From Salinispira sp. (GTDB lineage Bacteria; Spirochaetota; Spirochaetia; DSM-27196; Salinispiraceae), in the NCBI GenBank assembly GCA_965226555.1, contig CBDDDG010000001.1:96001-160000 (forward strand): a stretch of DNA of 64,000 nucleotides. The letters are read 5' to 3'. Made by a program: the position numbers and the translations under genes. The notes beneath the pieces were generated by a model, which was given only the letters and a program-made list of their open reading frames with translations, was not told the origin of the DNA and made no database searches. Positions 19,406-30,200 of this stretch are shown piece after piece. The stretch's first letter is position 1. The number at the start of each line of letters is the position of its first letter.

Positions 19406-20551
19406 GTGAAAAATAGTCATTGCGTGCTCATACATGGTTTGAATTCACGAACGGGCGGAGGCAAGGTAATTCTGTATAATTTTCTTTCATATTTGTACAA
19501 TGAAGAATCCGGCAACACTAAATATATGTGTCTTGTGCCCAACCTCCATGAATATATGAACTTCGAATGCGCGCACATTACTGTCCGGACTCTTCCGGGA
19601 ATACTACGCAGAAATTTTGTATACCCGCTGGTAAATTCCCGCTTTCTGCCAAGGTATATTAGAAAACATAACATTGATGTTGTTTTTAATTTTTCGTCTG
19701 TTCCAATACCAACCCGCGCCAAGCAAATATTTTATTTTGACTGGCCCTATGCCGCATACATTGATTCTCCGGTGTGGAAAACAATGGATTTTAAGAACCG
19801 CATTACAAGACGCGTGAAGCTGTATTTTTTTAGAAAATATATCCCCTATGTTGATCTGCTCATTTGTCAGACTAATGACATAAAACGCTGTTTGAATACT
19901 CATTATACTATAAAACGCATTGAGGTTATTCCGCCAGGAATTTTAAAGGCGCATTTTTCTCAGAATATGAATACCAATATTGCGCTCCCTGCCGGATATA
20001 AACTGTTTTATCCGACACGATACTATCCGCACAAAAACCTGGAAACATTACTTCCTCTTATTCGCTTAATAAAAAATAAAGAATTGGACATAAAAATAAT
20101 TATTACTCTTGAGAATAATCAGCATTCTGGCGCCCGAAAAATACTCCAGACAATTATGGCAGACAAGTTGGATAAGTACATAATTAATATCGGATACCTT
20201 CCGAGTGAAGAAGTATCTGCGCTATTCCAGTTATGCGATGGATTGCTCATGCCGACATTGCTGGAATCGCATAGTTTGGCGTATATTGAAGCCATGGTTC
20301 ACCGGAAACCTATTTTTACCAGCGATTTTGGCTTTGCCCGCGAAGTGTGTAAAAATGCCGCAGTGTATTTTGATCCATACAATCCGTCCGATATTCTTGA
20401 CAAAATACTGTCAGTAAAAAACAATACTACCGAACAGCAGAGAATGATTGAGGCCGGGAGTACCATTCTTAAAACTCGACCGACCGCAGATGAAGTACAC
20501 AAAAAATTTGTTACTGCAATTCATTCAATTCTCAGCGAACGCGCCACGTAA
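19406..20551 (+). CDS. Glycosyltransferase family 4
   Basis: TGGG, FYPTRYYPHKN, LMPTLLESHSLAYIEAM, SDFGFAREVC; GTG start after AGGAGG. Confidence 0.9.
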   Translation: MKNSHCVLIHGLNSRTGGGKVILYNFLSYLYNEESGNTKYMCLVPNLHEYMNFECAHITVRTLPGILRRNFVYPLVNSRFLPRYIRKHNIDVVFNFSSVPIPTRAKQIFYFDWPYAAYIDSPVWKTMDFKNRITRRVKLYFFRKYIPYVDLLICQTNDIKRCLNTHYTIKRIEVIPPGILKAHFSQNMNTNIALPAGYKLFYPTRYYPHKNLETLLPLIRLIKNKELDIKIIITLENNQHSGARKILQTIMADKLDKYIINIGYLPSEEVSALFQLCDGLLMPTLLESHSLAYIEAMVHRKPIFTSDFGFAREVCKNAAVYFDPYNPSDILDKILSVKNNTTEQQRMIEAGSTILKTRPTADEVHKKFVTAIHSILSERAT

Positions 20552-20586
20552 CGTACTACACTCATGTAGAAAACAAGGAAACATAC

Positions 20587-22734
20587 ATGAAACAGATTCT
20601 TCAAAATCTTCAGACCGGTGAAACGGAAGTTGTTAATGTTCCCGCCCCCGAGGTTGCTGCGGGGCATCTGCTTATACGCACCAGCTACAGTCTCATTTCG
20701 GCGGGGACGGAGCGCATGCTGGTAGAATTCGGGAAGGGCAATGTGCTGCAGAAGGCGCGTCAGCAGCCGGATAAGGTGAAACAGGTTCTGGAGAAGATCA
20801 GAACCGATGGTATTATGCCGACCCTGAACAGTGTTCGCAACAAACTTTCGCAGCCGCTTGCGCTGGGCTATGCCAATGCCGGTGAGGTGCTGGCCATTGG
20901 CGCGGGGGTGTCGGGTTTTGCTCCGGGCGACAGGGTGGCGAGTAACGGCAACCATGCCGAAATGGCGCTGGTTCCTTCCATGCTCTGCGCGAAAATTCCC
21001 CCGACGGTTAATGACGAAACCGCAGCCTACACTGTTCTAGCCTCCATTGCTCTGCAGGGCATACGGCTGGCTGGGCCCGCGCTGGGCGAAACAATTGTGG
21101 TTATTGGGCTGGGGCTCATTGGGCTGTTGACGGTTCAGTTGCTCAGGGCGCAGGGCTGCAGGGTCATTGCCTCCGATCTTAATTCAGAGCGGCTTACATT
21201 AGCGGATCATTTCGGCGCGCACGCGGTGAATCCCAATGAGGCAGAGGGAGCGGACGGGATCGTTCCAACGGTGGAAAGCCTGACGCGCGGACAGGGGGCG
21301 GACGCGGTTATTATTGCCGCATCGACAAAGAGCAGCGATCCGGTACGTCAGGCCGCGCGCGCCTGCCGAAAACGCGGGCGAATCGTTCTGGTCGGGGTCG
21401 CCGGGCTTGAGCTTTCCCGTGCCGATTTTTATGAAAAGGAATTGACCTTCCAGGTCTCATGCTCCTATGGACCCGGTCGCTACGATCCGCTCTATGAAGA
21501 AAAGGGGCAGGATTATCCCATTGGCTTTGTCCGCTGGACAGAACAGCGAAACTTTCAGGCCGTACTGGAGATAATGGCTGAGAAAAAACTCAATACCGAA
21601 GCCCTCACAACACACCACTTTCCTATTTCACATGCCGGAGAGGCCTATAAGCTCATAAACAGCGGCGAGCCGTCATTGGGAATAGTGCTGGAGTATCCCC
21701 GGGCACCAGAACAGGCAGAACAGCCAGAACAGCCCGAACAACACACGGCATTGGCTCCGAACGGGCAGTCTCCTGCCCCGCGGAACGGGGGAAAACAGGG
21801 AAAGAGGGTTGCATTTGTCGGCGCTGGTAATTATGCCGGAGCTGTTCTCATTCCTGCCTTCAAGGCGGGCGGGGCGGAGCTCGCTGCGGTGGTATCGCAA
21901 AAGGGAGTGTCGGCCTTTCATGCGGCCCGGAAACATGGCTTTGAACGGGCGGTGAGCACTGCCGATGAGCTGTTGCAGAATGCGGACATTCAGGCGGTGG
22001 TTATTGCCACCCGGCACAATGACCATGCCGAACTGGTGGAGCGCGCCCTGCGCGCGGGCAAGCATGTGTTCGTGGAAAAGCCCTTGTGCTTGCAGGCGCA
22101 TGAACTGAGCAACATTCAGAAACTGTACAAAGCGGCTCGCGAAAACGGCAGCCCTCCGGTGCTCATGGTGGGCTTTAACCGGCGGTTTTCGCCGCTGGTA
22201 CAGAAAATGAAAATGCTGCTCGACAAAATGCCGCAGGCAAAGTCGTTCATTATGACGGTCAATGCCGGATCAATTCCAGCCGATCATTGGACACAGGACA
22301 GGGAAGTTGGCGGGGGGCGAATTATTGGCGAGGCATGCCATTTTATCGATCTCCTCCGCTTTCTCGCTGGATCGGCAATATCGAACTGGAAAAAAAATAC
22401 CATGATGGAGCAGGAAGATACTGTCTCTATTGATCTTGGCTTTGAGGACGGGTCAGTTGGCTCCATTCATTATTTTGCCAATGGTTCCCGCTCTTTCCCG
22501 AAGGAACGGTTGGAGGTCTTTTCCGGAGGCGCAATTCTGCAACTGAATAATTTCCGCAGGTTGACAGGCTACGGCTGGCCGAGATTCTCCCGAATGAACC
22601 TCATGAATCAGAATAAGGGGCAGCTCGCCTGCGCGCGGGCCTTTGTTGAGAGCATTTCCCATGGGGCGCCGCCTCCCATTCCCCCCGAAGAACTCTTTGA
22701 GGTGAGCCGCGTTGCCATTGAATTGGCCCACTAA
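20587..22734 (+). CDS. Bi-domain oxidoreductase (Zn-dependent dehydrogenase plus Gfo/Idh/MocA) of polysaccharide clusters
   Basis: SLISAGTE, GLGLIG, SCSYGPGRYD, GAGNYA, HVFVEKP, VGFNRRF, GEACHFID. Confidence 0.92.
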   Translation: MKQILQNLQTGETEVVNVPAPEVAAGHLLIRTSYSLISAGTERMLVEFGKGNVLQKARQQPDKVKQVLEKIRTDGIMPTLNSVRNKLSQPLALGYANAGEVLAIGAGVSGFAPGDRVASNGNHAEMALVPSMLCAKIPPTVNDETAAYTVLASIALQGIRLAGPALGETIVVIGLGLIGLLTVQLLRAQGCRVIASDLNSERLTLADHFGAHAVNPNEAEGADGIVPTVESLTRGQGADAVIIAASTKSSDPVRQAARACRKRGRIVLVGVAGLELSRADFYEKELTFQVSCSYGPGRYDPLYEEKGQDYPIGFVRWTEQRNFQAVLEIMAEKKLNTEALTTHHFPISHAGEAYKLINSGEPSLGIVLEYPRAPEQAEQPEQPEQHTALAPNGQSPAPRNGGKQGKRVAFVGAGNYAGAVLIPAFKAGGAELAAVVSQKGVSAFHAARKHGFERAVSTADELLQNADIQAVVIATRHNDHAELVERALRAGKHVFVEKPLCLQAHELSNIQKLYKAARENGSPPVLMVGFNRRFSPLVQKMKMLLDKMPQAKSFIMTVNAGSIPADHWTQDREVGGGRIIGEACHFIDLLRFLAGSAISNWKKNTMMEQEDTVSIDLGFEDGSVGSIHYFANGSRSFPKERLEVFSGGAILQLNNFRRLTGYGWPRFSRMNLMNQNKGQLACARAFVESISHGAPPPIPPEELFEVSRVAIELAH

Positions 22735-22747
22735 CAGCGAGAGCGCA

Positions 22748-24511
22748 ATGAATATTTTTAACACCCTGAGAAAGTATTTTTTCACCATCTGCTACCTCAG
22801 GCCAGTTCAAATATTCAACCGCATTCTCCGCCGCCTGCCGAAAAGCCGCCCGGTCATTCGCGGGGTTCCCATTCTGAACCTTGTCCGGGGAACATGGATC
22901 GCTCCTGTGGCGGGCGCGCCCTGCATGACGGCCCCGAACGAGTTTGTGTTCATGGGCGAACGGGGGAGCATTACGGAAATTGGCTGGAATGGCCCGGAGC
23001 GCGAAGCCCTGTGGCGTTATAACCTGCATTACTTCGATTCCCTCACTGCCCGCGGCGCACAGGAACAGGAGAACTGGCATACGAATCTCATTGAGGACTG
23101 GGTCAGGCAGAACCCCCCCTGCGGAGGCGCTGGTTGGGAGCCCTATCCGCTCTCCCGGCGCATTGTGAACATAATAAAATGGTCGCTTGCCGGAAATGAG
23201 CTGACCGCCGCATGGAAGCAGAGCCTCTTTCTTCAGGCTGCCTGGCTGCGCCGGAACATTGAATGGCATCTTCTGGCAAATCATCTGCTTGCCAATGCCA
23301 AAGCGCTTATTTTTGCCGGACTCTTCTTTACCGGCAGGAAACCGCGGAGGTGGCTGAACACAGGGCTTACGATTCTGAAGTCTGAATTGGATGAGCAGAT
23401 ACTCGCGGACGGCGGGCATTTTGAGCGGAGCCCAATGTACCATGCCATTGTTCTGGAAGATATTCTGGACATAATTAATGTTCTCAGTGCATATTATGGA
23501 GCTGATGCTGATGTAACCGCCGCCGGATCAATCTACGCCGCCTGCGCGCGGGCAGCCATAGCCATGCTGCGCTGGTCAGAAGTAATGACGCACCCCGATA
23601 CTCATATTGCCTTCTTCAATGACAGCGCGCTCGGCATTGCCCCAACCCTCAGTCAACTCTCCGACTATGCTGAGCGCGTGCATGTTACGAGTACTGCTCG
23701 CCCGCTCGCCGCCCCGAAGGACGACCCGCAACGGAACGCAGACCCGCAACGGAACACAGACCCGCAGTGCGCGCGTTTACCCCAATCGGGATACATAAAA
23801 ATTGCAACCGGGCCGGCAACCGCCATTTTAGATGTCGCGCCCATTGGCCCGAATTATCAGCCCGGGCACGCTCACGCGGACACCCTGAGCTTTGAACTGT
23901 CGCTGTGGGGGAGTCGGGTACTTGTGAATGGCGGAACATCATGCTATGGTTTAAGCGCTCGCCGGTTGGCCGAACGGCAGACATCGGCGCATAACACGGT
24001 GGAAATTAACGGAGAGAGTTCATCGGAGGTCTGGTCGGGCTTCCGCGTGGGGCGCCGCGCCCGGCCTGTGGGGCTGCGCGTGCTTCGGAATGGGAAAAAA
24101 CTCATGGTTCGCTGTTCTCATACCGGCTACCGGAGAATTGGCGGAGAACATGTCAGAACATGGCGCATGGATCCGCAGAGTCTGACAATAGAGGACATGG
24201 TAACTGGCGAGCACCCGGCAGTGGCACGTTTCCGCTTCCATCCGCGCTGCGTTGTTAAAACCGCAGGAAAAAATATGCTGCTGGTGAATGTTCGGGGAGC
24301 GGCGCGCGCTGCGCGGCTCATTATTCATCGCGGAAGTTGGCGTCTTGCCGGCGGCGCGTATGCCCCACAGTTCGGCGCAGTTCTCCCCGCTCCTGTGCTT
24401 GAGGTCTCCTGCGCTGTCCGTGAACCGGCGCTGCCTCGGCAGCGGGTTCTCAGGGAATCATTGGTGCACATACATTGGGCAGATGAGAACCCGGAGGAGG
24501 AACTGCGGTGA
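22748..24511 (+). CDS. Heparinase II/III family protein
   Basis: LWRYNLHYF, WEPYP.S.R, ANHLLANA, DGGHFERSPMYH, GHAHADTLSFE, AHNTV. Confidence 0.9.
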   Translation: MNIFNTLRKYFFTICYLRPVQIFNRILRRLPKSRPVIRGVPILNLVRGTWIAPVAGAPCMTAPNEFVFMGERGSITEIGWNGPEREALWRYNLHYFDSLTARGAQEQENWHTNLIEDWVRQNPPCGGAGWEPYPLSRRIVNIIKWSLAGNELTAAWKQSLFLQAAWLRRNIEWHLLANHLLANAKALIFAGLFFTGRKPRRWLNTGLTILKSELDEQILADGGHFERSPMYHAIVLEDILDIINVLSAYYGADADVTAAGSIYAACARAAIAMLRWSEVMTHPDTHIAFFNDSALGIAPTLSQLSDYAERVHVTSTARPLAAPKDDPQRNADPQRNTDPQCARLPQSGYIKIATGPATAILDVAPIGPNYQPGHAHADTLSFELSLWGSRVLVNGGTSCYGLSARRLAERQTSAHNTVEINGESSSEVWSGFRVGRRARPVGLRVLRNGKKLMVRCSHTGYRRIGGEHVRTWRMDPQSLTIEDMVTGEHPAVARFRFHPRCVVKTAGKNMLLVNVRGAARAARLIIHRGSWRLAGGAYAPQFGAVLPAPVLEVSCAVREPALPRQRVLRESLVHIHWADENPEEELR

Positions 24512-25734
24512 AAATGAGCATTATCAGTAACTATTTTCCTCCAGAAATTGGCGCGGCATCTTCCCGGGTATTCGCTATGGCAGTACTTTTACAAAATACG
24601 GGCATGGATGTCGAAGTGCTTACAGCTCTGCCGAATCATCCTCTCGGAAAAATCTTTCATACGTACCGCGGCAAATTCATGGTTAAAGAAACCGTGAAGG
24701 GTATTCGGATCCGACGCTTCTGGCTTTTTGCGTCCAATTCATCGCGGGCGCTGCCGAGAATTGTGAGCATGCTGTCATTATCTGTAACAATTTTTGCTGC
24801 GCTGCCGCATCTCATTTTCCGCCGTCCCCGCGTTGTTATTGTTAACAGCCCGCCCCTATTGCTTGGTCTGGCGGGAATCATTTTGTCGGCGCTCTGCGGC
24901 GCCCGAACGGTTCTCAACATTTCCGATATATGGCCACTTTCCGCCTTTGAAATGGGCGCCATGTCGAAGGGCTTTCTGTACAGCAGACTTAAGGGCATTG
25001 AACGATTCATGTACAGGGCATCTCATGGCTTTCTGGGCCAGTCGAATGAGATTCTGGAGCACATTAGGTCCCTTCAGCCCCGAAAATCGGCGCTGCTCTA
25101 TCGGAATCTCGCGCGGGTATCGAAGTTTATTGATAATACGCCCTCCATCAAACAGAAACGCATGAGAATAATTTATGCCGGCTTATTGGGTGTCGCGCAG
25201 GGCATTGCTGATATTTGCCGGAATGTCGATTTTTCCTCGCTACGCGCTGAATTTCATATCTACGGAGACGGGAATGAGCGGGCGCTCATTGAGGACTACA
25301 TAAAAACGCATGCCAACTGTCACATTTTCATTCATAACACGGTGAGTCCCGATGCCCTTCTCGAAGTACTGGCGCAGTTTCACGCAATGCTCGTCCCCCT
25401 CAAAAGCAGCATTCGAGGAGCCATGCCCTCAAAACTCTATACAGCCCTTGCCGCTGGCCTGCCGGTTATTTTCTCCGGCAGTGGCGAGGGTGAGCGTTTT
25501 GTTATACAATACAAATTGGGCTGGGTGAGCGATCCGGTAAACTATAACGCGCTGCAAAAAAATATTGAACAACTGGCAAACATGGAAGAACGCGAGTACC
25601 GTAACCTGCGGAAAAGTATTTCACACATTGCCAAAACACAGTTTAGCATTGAGATGCAGGGAAACGATCTTGTCAACTTCCTGAGGCAGCCCCCCAAAGC
25701 ACACATGGATGCAGATATGGAGAAATTGCCATGA
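24508..25734 (+). CDS. Glycosyltransferase family 4 (WbuB-like)
   Basis: NYFPPEIGAA, PNHPLG, SPPL, DIWP, YAGLLGVAQG, PSKLY. Confidence 0.9.
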   Translation: MKMSIISNYFPPEIGAASSRVFAMAVLLQNTGMDVEVLTALPNHPLGKIFHTYRGKFMVKETVKGIRIRRFWLFASNSSRALPRIVSMLSLSVTIFAALPHLIFRRPRVVIVNSPPLLLGLAGIILSALCGARTVLNISDIWPLSAFEMGAMSKGFLYSRLKGIERFMYRASHGFLGQSNEILEHIRSLQPRKSALLYRNLARVSKFIDNTPSIKQKRMRIIYAGLLGVAQGIADICRNVDFSSLRAEFHIYGDGNERALIEDYIKTHANCHIFIHNTVSPDALLEVLAQFHAMLVPLKSSIRGAMPSKLYTALAAGLPVIFSGSGEGERFVIQYKLGWVSDPVNYNALQKNIEQLANMEEREYRNLRKSISHIAKTQFSIEMQGNDLVNFLRQPPKAHMDADMEKLP

Positions 25735-26870
25735 AAAAAATTATGCTGACCTTCGGAACACGACCCGAGGCCATTAAAATGGCTCCTCTGGTACTGGCAA
25801 TGCGGCAGACAGAGAAATTACAACCCATTGTCTGTGTTAGCGGTCAGCACCGGCAGATGCTGGATCAGGTACTTGAGCTCTTCGATATTCGGCCCGATCT
25901 GGATCTTGCCATAATGCGCGATGGGCAAGACTTAACAGATATTAATGCCAATGTTCTGTTCGGCATGCGCGAGGCCTTCAAAACCTTCGAGCCGAATATG
26001 CTTCTCATTCATGGCGATACCTCAACGGCCATGGCCGCGAGTGTCGCCGCCTTCTACGCGGGCATACCAACTGGCCATGTTGAAGCGGGACTGCGCAGCC
26101 ATAATATGAGCTCTCCCTATCCTGAGGAATTCAACCGCAGGGTCGTGAGTCTGACTGCGGCAGCGCATTTCGCCCCAACCCCCTTGGCGAGGAATCAATT
26201 ACTGGCGGAAGGAATTCCAGACGCGCGCATTACGGTAACGGGCAATACCATTATCGATTCCCTTCATTTCATACTACACCGTCTTGAAAACAATGAAGAA
26301 CGCAGGCAGAAAATTGATACCATGCTCTCAAACTGCCTTCATTTTGACCATTACCATGAAAAATTCATAGTCATTACCGGGCATAGGCGCGAAAGTTTTG
26401 GCGCGGGGTTCAAAAACATGTGCACGGCAATAAAATTTCTCGCGGAAAAGTACCCTCACATACATTTTGTGTATCCGGTACATCTGAACCCCAACGTGAA
26501 GCAGCCGGTATATCAATATCTTTCAAACAGAGAAAACATTCATCTCATTAATCCGCTGGAATATGAATCATTCCTGTGGCTGCTCCGGCACTGCCATTTT
26601 GCGCTGACAGACAGCGGCGGTATTCAGGAAGAGGGGCCGAGTCTCGCCAAGCCCGTGCTTGTTATGCGCGAAATAACCGAGCGTCCCGAAGGTGTGGATG
26701 CAGGGGCTGTGAGCTTAGTCGGCGCGAATTTTGACAAAATAGTGAGCGAAACATCGCGGCTCCTCACCGACAGCGAGGCCTACAACACCATGTCGCAGGC
26801 AGTAAACCCCTATGGCGATGGCAGAGCCTGCGAACGCATTATTCACTTTCTTACAAAGGAACTGCCGTAA
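25731..26870 (+). CDS. wecB: UDP-N-acetylglucosamine 2-epimerase (non-hydrolysing)
   Basis: FGTRPEAIKMAP, GQHRQM, HGDT, HVEAGLR, DSGGIQEE, NPYGDG. Confidence 0.96.
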   Translation: MKKIMLTFGTRPEAIKMAPLVLAMRQTEKLQPIVCVSGQHRQMLDQVLELFDIRPDLDLAIMRDGQDLTDINANVLFGMREAFKTFEPNMLLIHGDTSTAMAASVAAFYAGIPTGHVEAGLRSHNMSSPYPEEFNRRVVSLTAAAHFAPTPLARNQLLAEGIPDARITVTGNTIIDSLHFILHRLENNEERRQKIDTMLSNCLHFDHYHEKFIVITGHRRESFGAGFKNMCTAIKFLAEKYPHIHFVYPVHLNPNVKQPVYQYLSNRENIHLINPLEYESFLWLLRHCHFALTDSGGIQEEGPSLAKPVLVMREITERPEGVDAGAVSLVGANFDKIVSETSRLLTDSEAYNTMSQAVNPYGDGRACERIIHFLTKELP

Positions 26871-28117
26871 TGAATAATGTAATGAACACTGTAATAAACA
26901 AGAAGGTATGTGTTATCGGGCTCGGATACATCGGCCTGCCGACAGCAGTCATTCTGGCCCGCGCCGGGTACTCAGTGCGCGGGGTCGATGTAAAAAATGA
27001 TGTCGTTGAAACCATTAACACAGGCGTTGCCCACATTATTGAACCCGGTTTGAACGATGCCTTACAGCGCGTTGTTTTGGAAGGTCGGTTCACCGCATTC
27101 ACGGAACCTGCTGAGGCGGACATATTCATTATTTGCGTGCCCACCCCCCTTAATACGGACGACACACTTCCCCGTCCGAATGTCAGCCATGTGCTGCGCG
27201 CGGTCAGAACCATTGCCCCCATTGTCCGCCCGGGCAATTACATTATTTTGGAATCGACATCGCCGGTCGGCACCACAAAGAAACTGGCAGAAGCGCTTGC
27301 GGAACATTCTGTTAGCATTGATAACCTACGCATTGCCTACTGCCCGGAACGGGTTATTCCCGGACGCGCTATGATCGAGCTCATAGAAAACGATAGAATT
27401 GTCGGAGGACTAACGCCGGAGGCAGCCGAGTCCTGCGCGGAATTTTACCGTTCGGTTGTTACGGGAACCATTCTCACAACGAACGCGGCAACCGCCGAAA
27501 TGGTTAAGTTAAGCGAAAATAGTTTTCGAGATGTGAACATTGCCTTTGCCAATGAACTTTCCATTCTTGCCGCGAATATGGGGGTACATGTTCAGGAGGT
27601 CATAGCGCTTGCAAACAGGCATCCGCGGGTGAACATTCTCCAGCCCGGTCCCGGAGTCGGCGGTCACTGCATTGCGGTGGATCCCTGGTTTCTCATTTCA
27701 CAGAATCCAGATTCCGCTCGCCTCATACAAACGGCGCGGCAGGTGAACAATGACAAAACAGAATGGGTTATTGAAAACATTAGAGCAGCCGCCGCAAAAC
27801 GTTCAGCGGAATTGAACAGACCGCCCCGCATTGTTCTGCTTGGACTAACATTTAAGCCCGACATTGATGACCTTCGGGAATCTCCCGCCCTGAAGATCGC
27901 TGAAACACTGTACAAGCAGAACTACCGAATACAGTGTGTTGAACCCCACATTACCGAACACGCACGCCTGCCGCTCGTGAGCCTGACGGAAGGCCTCAAA
28001 ATGGCAGACATTGTTGTGGGGCTGGTAAAGCACAGCGCGTTCAGCCATAATACATTGTCCGAACACATTGATACTCGCGCTGGGAACAGCGCATTCTTGA
28101 ACTTTGCGGGGTTATAA
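26870..28117 (+). CDS. wecC: UDP-N-acetyl-D-mannosamine dehydrogenase
   Basis: GLGYIGLPTA, ESTSPVGTT, CPERV.PG, GPGVGGHCIAVDPWF, FKPDIDDLRESP. Confidence 0.94.
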   Translation: MNNVMNTVINKKVCVIGLGYIGLPTAVILARAGYSVRGVDVKNDVVETINTGVAHIIEPGLNDALQRVVLEGRFTAFTEPAEADIFIICVPTPLNTDDTLPRPNVSHVLRAVRTIAPIVRPGNYIILESTSPVGTTKKLAEALAEHSVSIDNLRIAYCPERVIPGRAMIELIENDRIVGGLTPEAAESCAEFYRSVVTGTILTTNAATAEMVKLSENSFRDVNIAFANELSILAANMGVHVQEVIALANRHPRVNILQPGPGVGGHCIAVDPWFLISQNPDSARLIQTARQVNNDKTEWVIENIRAAAAKRSAELNRPPRIVLLGLTFKPDIDDLRESPALKIAETLYKQNYRIQCVEPHITEHARLPLVSLTEGLKMADIVVGLVKHSAFSHNTLSEHIDTRAGNSAFLNFAGL

Positions 28118-28183
28118 TATGAGTGAATTTGGGACAATTGCTACAGTGTTTGTAATTTCCGAAATACAAAGGATTGAGGATCA

Positions 28184-29266
28184 TTGAAAAAAGCATTAAT
28201 TACCGGTGTTACCGGACAAGATGGTTCCTATCTTGCGGAGTTACTGCTGGACAAGGGCTATGAGGTTCATGGGCTGAAGCGCAGGACATCGCTGTTCAAC
28301 ACAGACCGTATTGACCACCTATTTAAAGATCCTCATGCAGATAATGTACGGCTTTATCTGCATTATGGTGATCTGACAGATTCTACAAATCTCATTCGTT
28401 TAATTCAATTAATTCAGCCACATGAAATTTATAATTTGGGTGCTCAGAGCCATGTACAGGTTTCCTTTGAAATTCCCGAGTACACTGCCAATTCCGATGC
28501 TCTTGGAACATTGCGGTTATTGGAGGCAATTCGTCTTCTCGGACTGGAAAAACATACAAAATTCTATCAGGCATCGACAAGTGAACTATATGGATTAGTT
28601 CAGGAAGTCCCGCAAAAAGAAACAACTCCATTTTATCCGCGGAGCCCCTATGCTGTCGCAAAACTCTACGCATATTGGATTGTGAAAAACTACCGGGAAG
28701 CCTATAACATGTACGCGTGTAATGGCATTCTTTTTAATCATGAAAGCCCACGCCGGGGAGAAACCTTTGTTACACGGAAAATTACCCGCGCGGCAGCACG
28801 AATTAAAGCGGGGCTTCAGAAAAAACTGTACATCGGAAACCTCAATGCCCAGCGCGATTGGGGGTATGCCGGCGATTATGTTGAAGGTATGTGGAGAATG
28901 CTCCAACGTAACACGCCGGAAGATTATGTGCTTGCTACCGGAGAAATGCATACCATAAGGGAGTTCGCAGAACTCGCCTTTGCCCGGCTTGGTATTGATA
29001 TTGAATTCCGCGGTGAGGGTGTGGAAGAAAAGGGATATGTTGCCGGTACCGACAAGGTCATTATTGAAATAGATCCAAAATACTTGCGACCCGCAGAAGT
29101 TGAGCAACTCTTAGGCGATCCGACAAAGGCTCATAATGAGTTGGGCTGGAAACCGCGCATTGGTTTTGAACAACTGGTAGACATGATGGTCGATTATGAT
29201 TATAAAATGGCAAAACGCGAAAAAAATCTAAACTTGTCAAATTCCATGGGAGGAATACATGAATAA
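28184..29266 (+). CDS. gmd: GDP-mannose 4,6-dehydratase
   Basis: [51 protein letters not shown]. Confidence 0.97.
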   Translation: MKKALITGVTGQDGSYLAELLLDKGYEVHGLKRRTSLFNTDRIDHLFKDPHADNVRLYLHYGDLTDSTNLIRLIQLIQPHEIYNLGAQSHVQVSFEIPEYTANSDALGTLRLLEAIRLLGLEKHTKFYQASTSELYGLVQEVPQKETTPFYPRSPYAVAKLYAYWIVKNYREAYNMYACNGILFNHESPRRGETFVTRKITRAAARIKAGLQKKLYIGNLNAQRDWGYAGDYVEGMWRMLQRNTPEDYVLATGEMHTIREFAELAFARLGIDIEFRGEGVEEKGYVAGTDKVIIEIDPKYLRPAEVEQLLGDPTKAHNELGWKPRIGFEQLVDMMVDYDYKMAKREKNLNLSNSMGGIHE

Positions 29267-30188
29267 AAATGCGAAAATTTATGTGGCAGGCCACAAGGGA
29301 ATGGTTGGATCTGCGATTTTACGGGAACTTACAAAACGCGGATATACAAATATAGTACACAAAACTCATTCGGAATTGGACCTTACCCGTCAGACGGATG
29401 TGGAAAATTTTTTCGATGCTGAAATGCCCGAGTATGTTTTCTTGGGGGCGGGAAAAGTCGGCGGTATTTTGGCAAATAAGTCCGATAAAGCAGGTTTCTG
29501 CTATGAGAATGCCACGATCGGGATCAACGTCATACATTCAGCCTATAAATTCGGGGTTAAAAAATTACTGAACATTGGGTCAGCGTGTTTCTATCCGGTG
29601 CAAGCACCTCTGCCGTTAAAAGAGGAGTATATACTGAGTGGACCATTGGAAGAAACTAACGATGCCTATGCGCTTGCAAAAATATTAGCACTTAAACTAT
29701 GCCAGTATTATAATGAGAACTATAATACCAATTTTCTCTCGGTTATACCTGCAAATATGTTCGGCATACATGATAATTTTAATTTAAAAACGGCACACGT
29801 AATACCTACTATTATACGGAAAATGCACGAGGCGAAGTCATCAAATCGGACAATTACCCTGTGGGGAGATGGATCACCATCCCGTGACTTTCTTTATTTG
29901 GATGATGGAGCACAAGCAATTGTGTTTATAATGGAAAACTATGCCGCATCTGATATTGGTAACTACATAAACATTGGAACCGGAAAAGAGATTATGATAA
30001 AAGACCTTGCTCAGCTAATTGCCAAAATTGTTGGGTTTAAAGGTGAAATTACTTGGGATACTACAAAACCAAATGGAACCCCCCGCAGATGTCTTTCAAT
30101 AGAAAAACTCACCAAACTTGGCTGGGTAAGTACTACATCACTGGAAAAAGGAATTCAGAGAACATATACGTGGTTTCTCGAAAATTGA
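29259..30188 (+). CDS. fcl: GDP-L-fucose synthase
   Basis: [49 protein letters not shown]. Confidence 0.93.
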   Translation: MNKNAKIYVAGHKGMVGSAILRELTKRGYTNIVHKTHSELDLTRQTDVENFFDAEMPEYVFLGAGKVGGILANKSDKAGFCYENATIGINVIHSAYKFGVKKLLNIGSACFYPVQAPLPLKEEYILSGPLEETNDAYALAKILALKLCQYYNENYNTNFLSVIPANMFGIHDNFNLKTAHVIPTIIRKMHEAKSSNRTITLWGDGSPSRDFLYLDDGAQAIVFIMENYAASDIGNYINIGTGKEIMIKDLAQLIAKIVGFKGEITWDTTKPNGTPRRCLSIEKLTKLGWVSTTSLEKGIQRTYTWFLEN

Positions 30189-30200
30189 GGGGAGGTATCC

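Noticed and set aside
22601..23443. 280-aa minus-strand ORF and similar long antisense ORFs in GC-rich genes
   Set aside because: Codon-bias shadows of well-supported genes on the opposite strand
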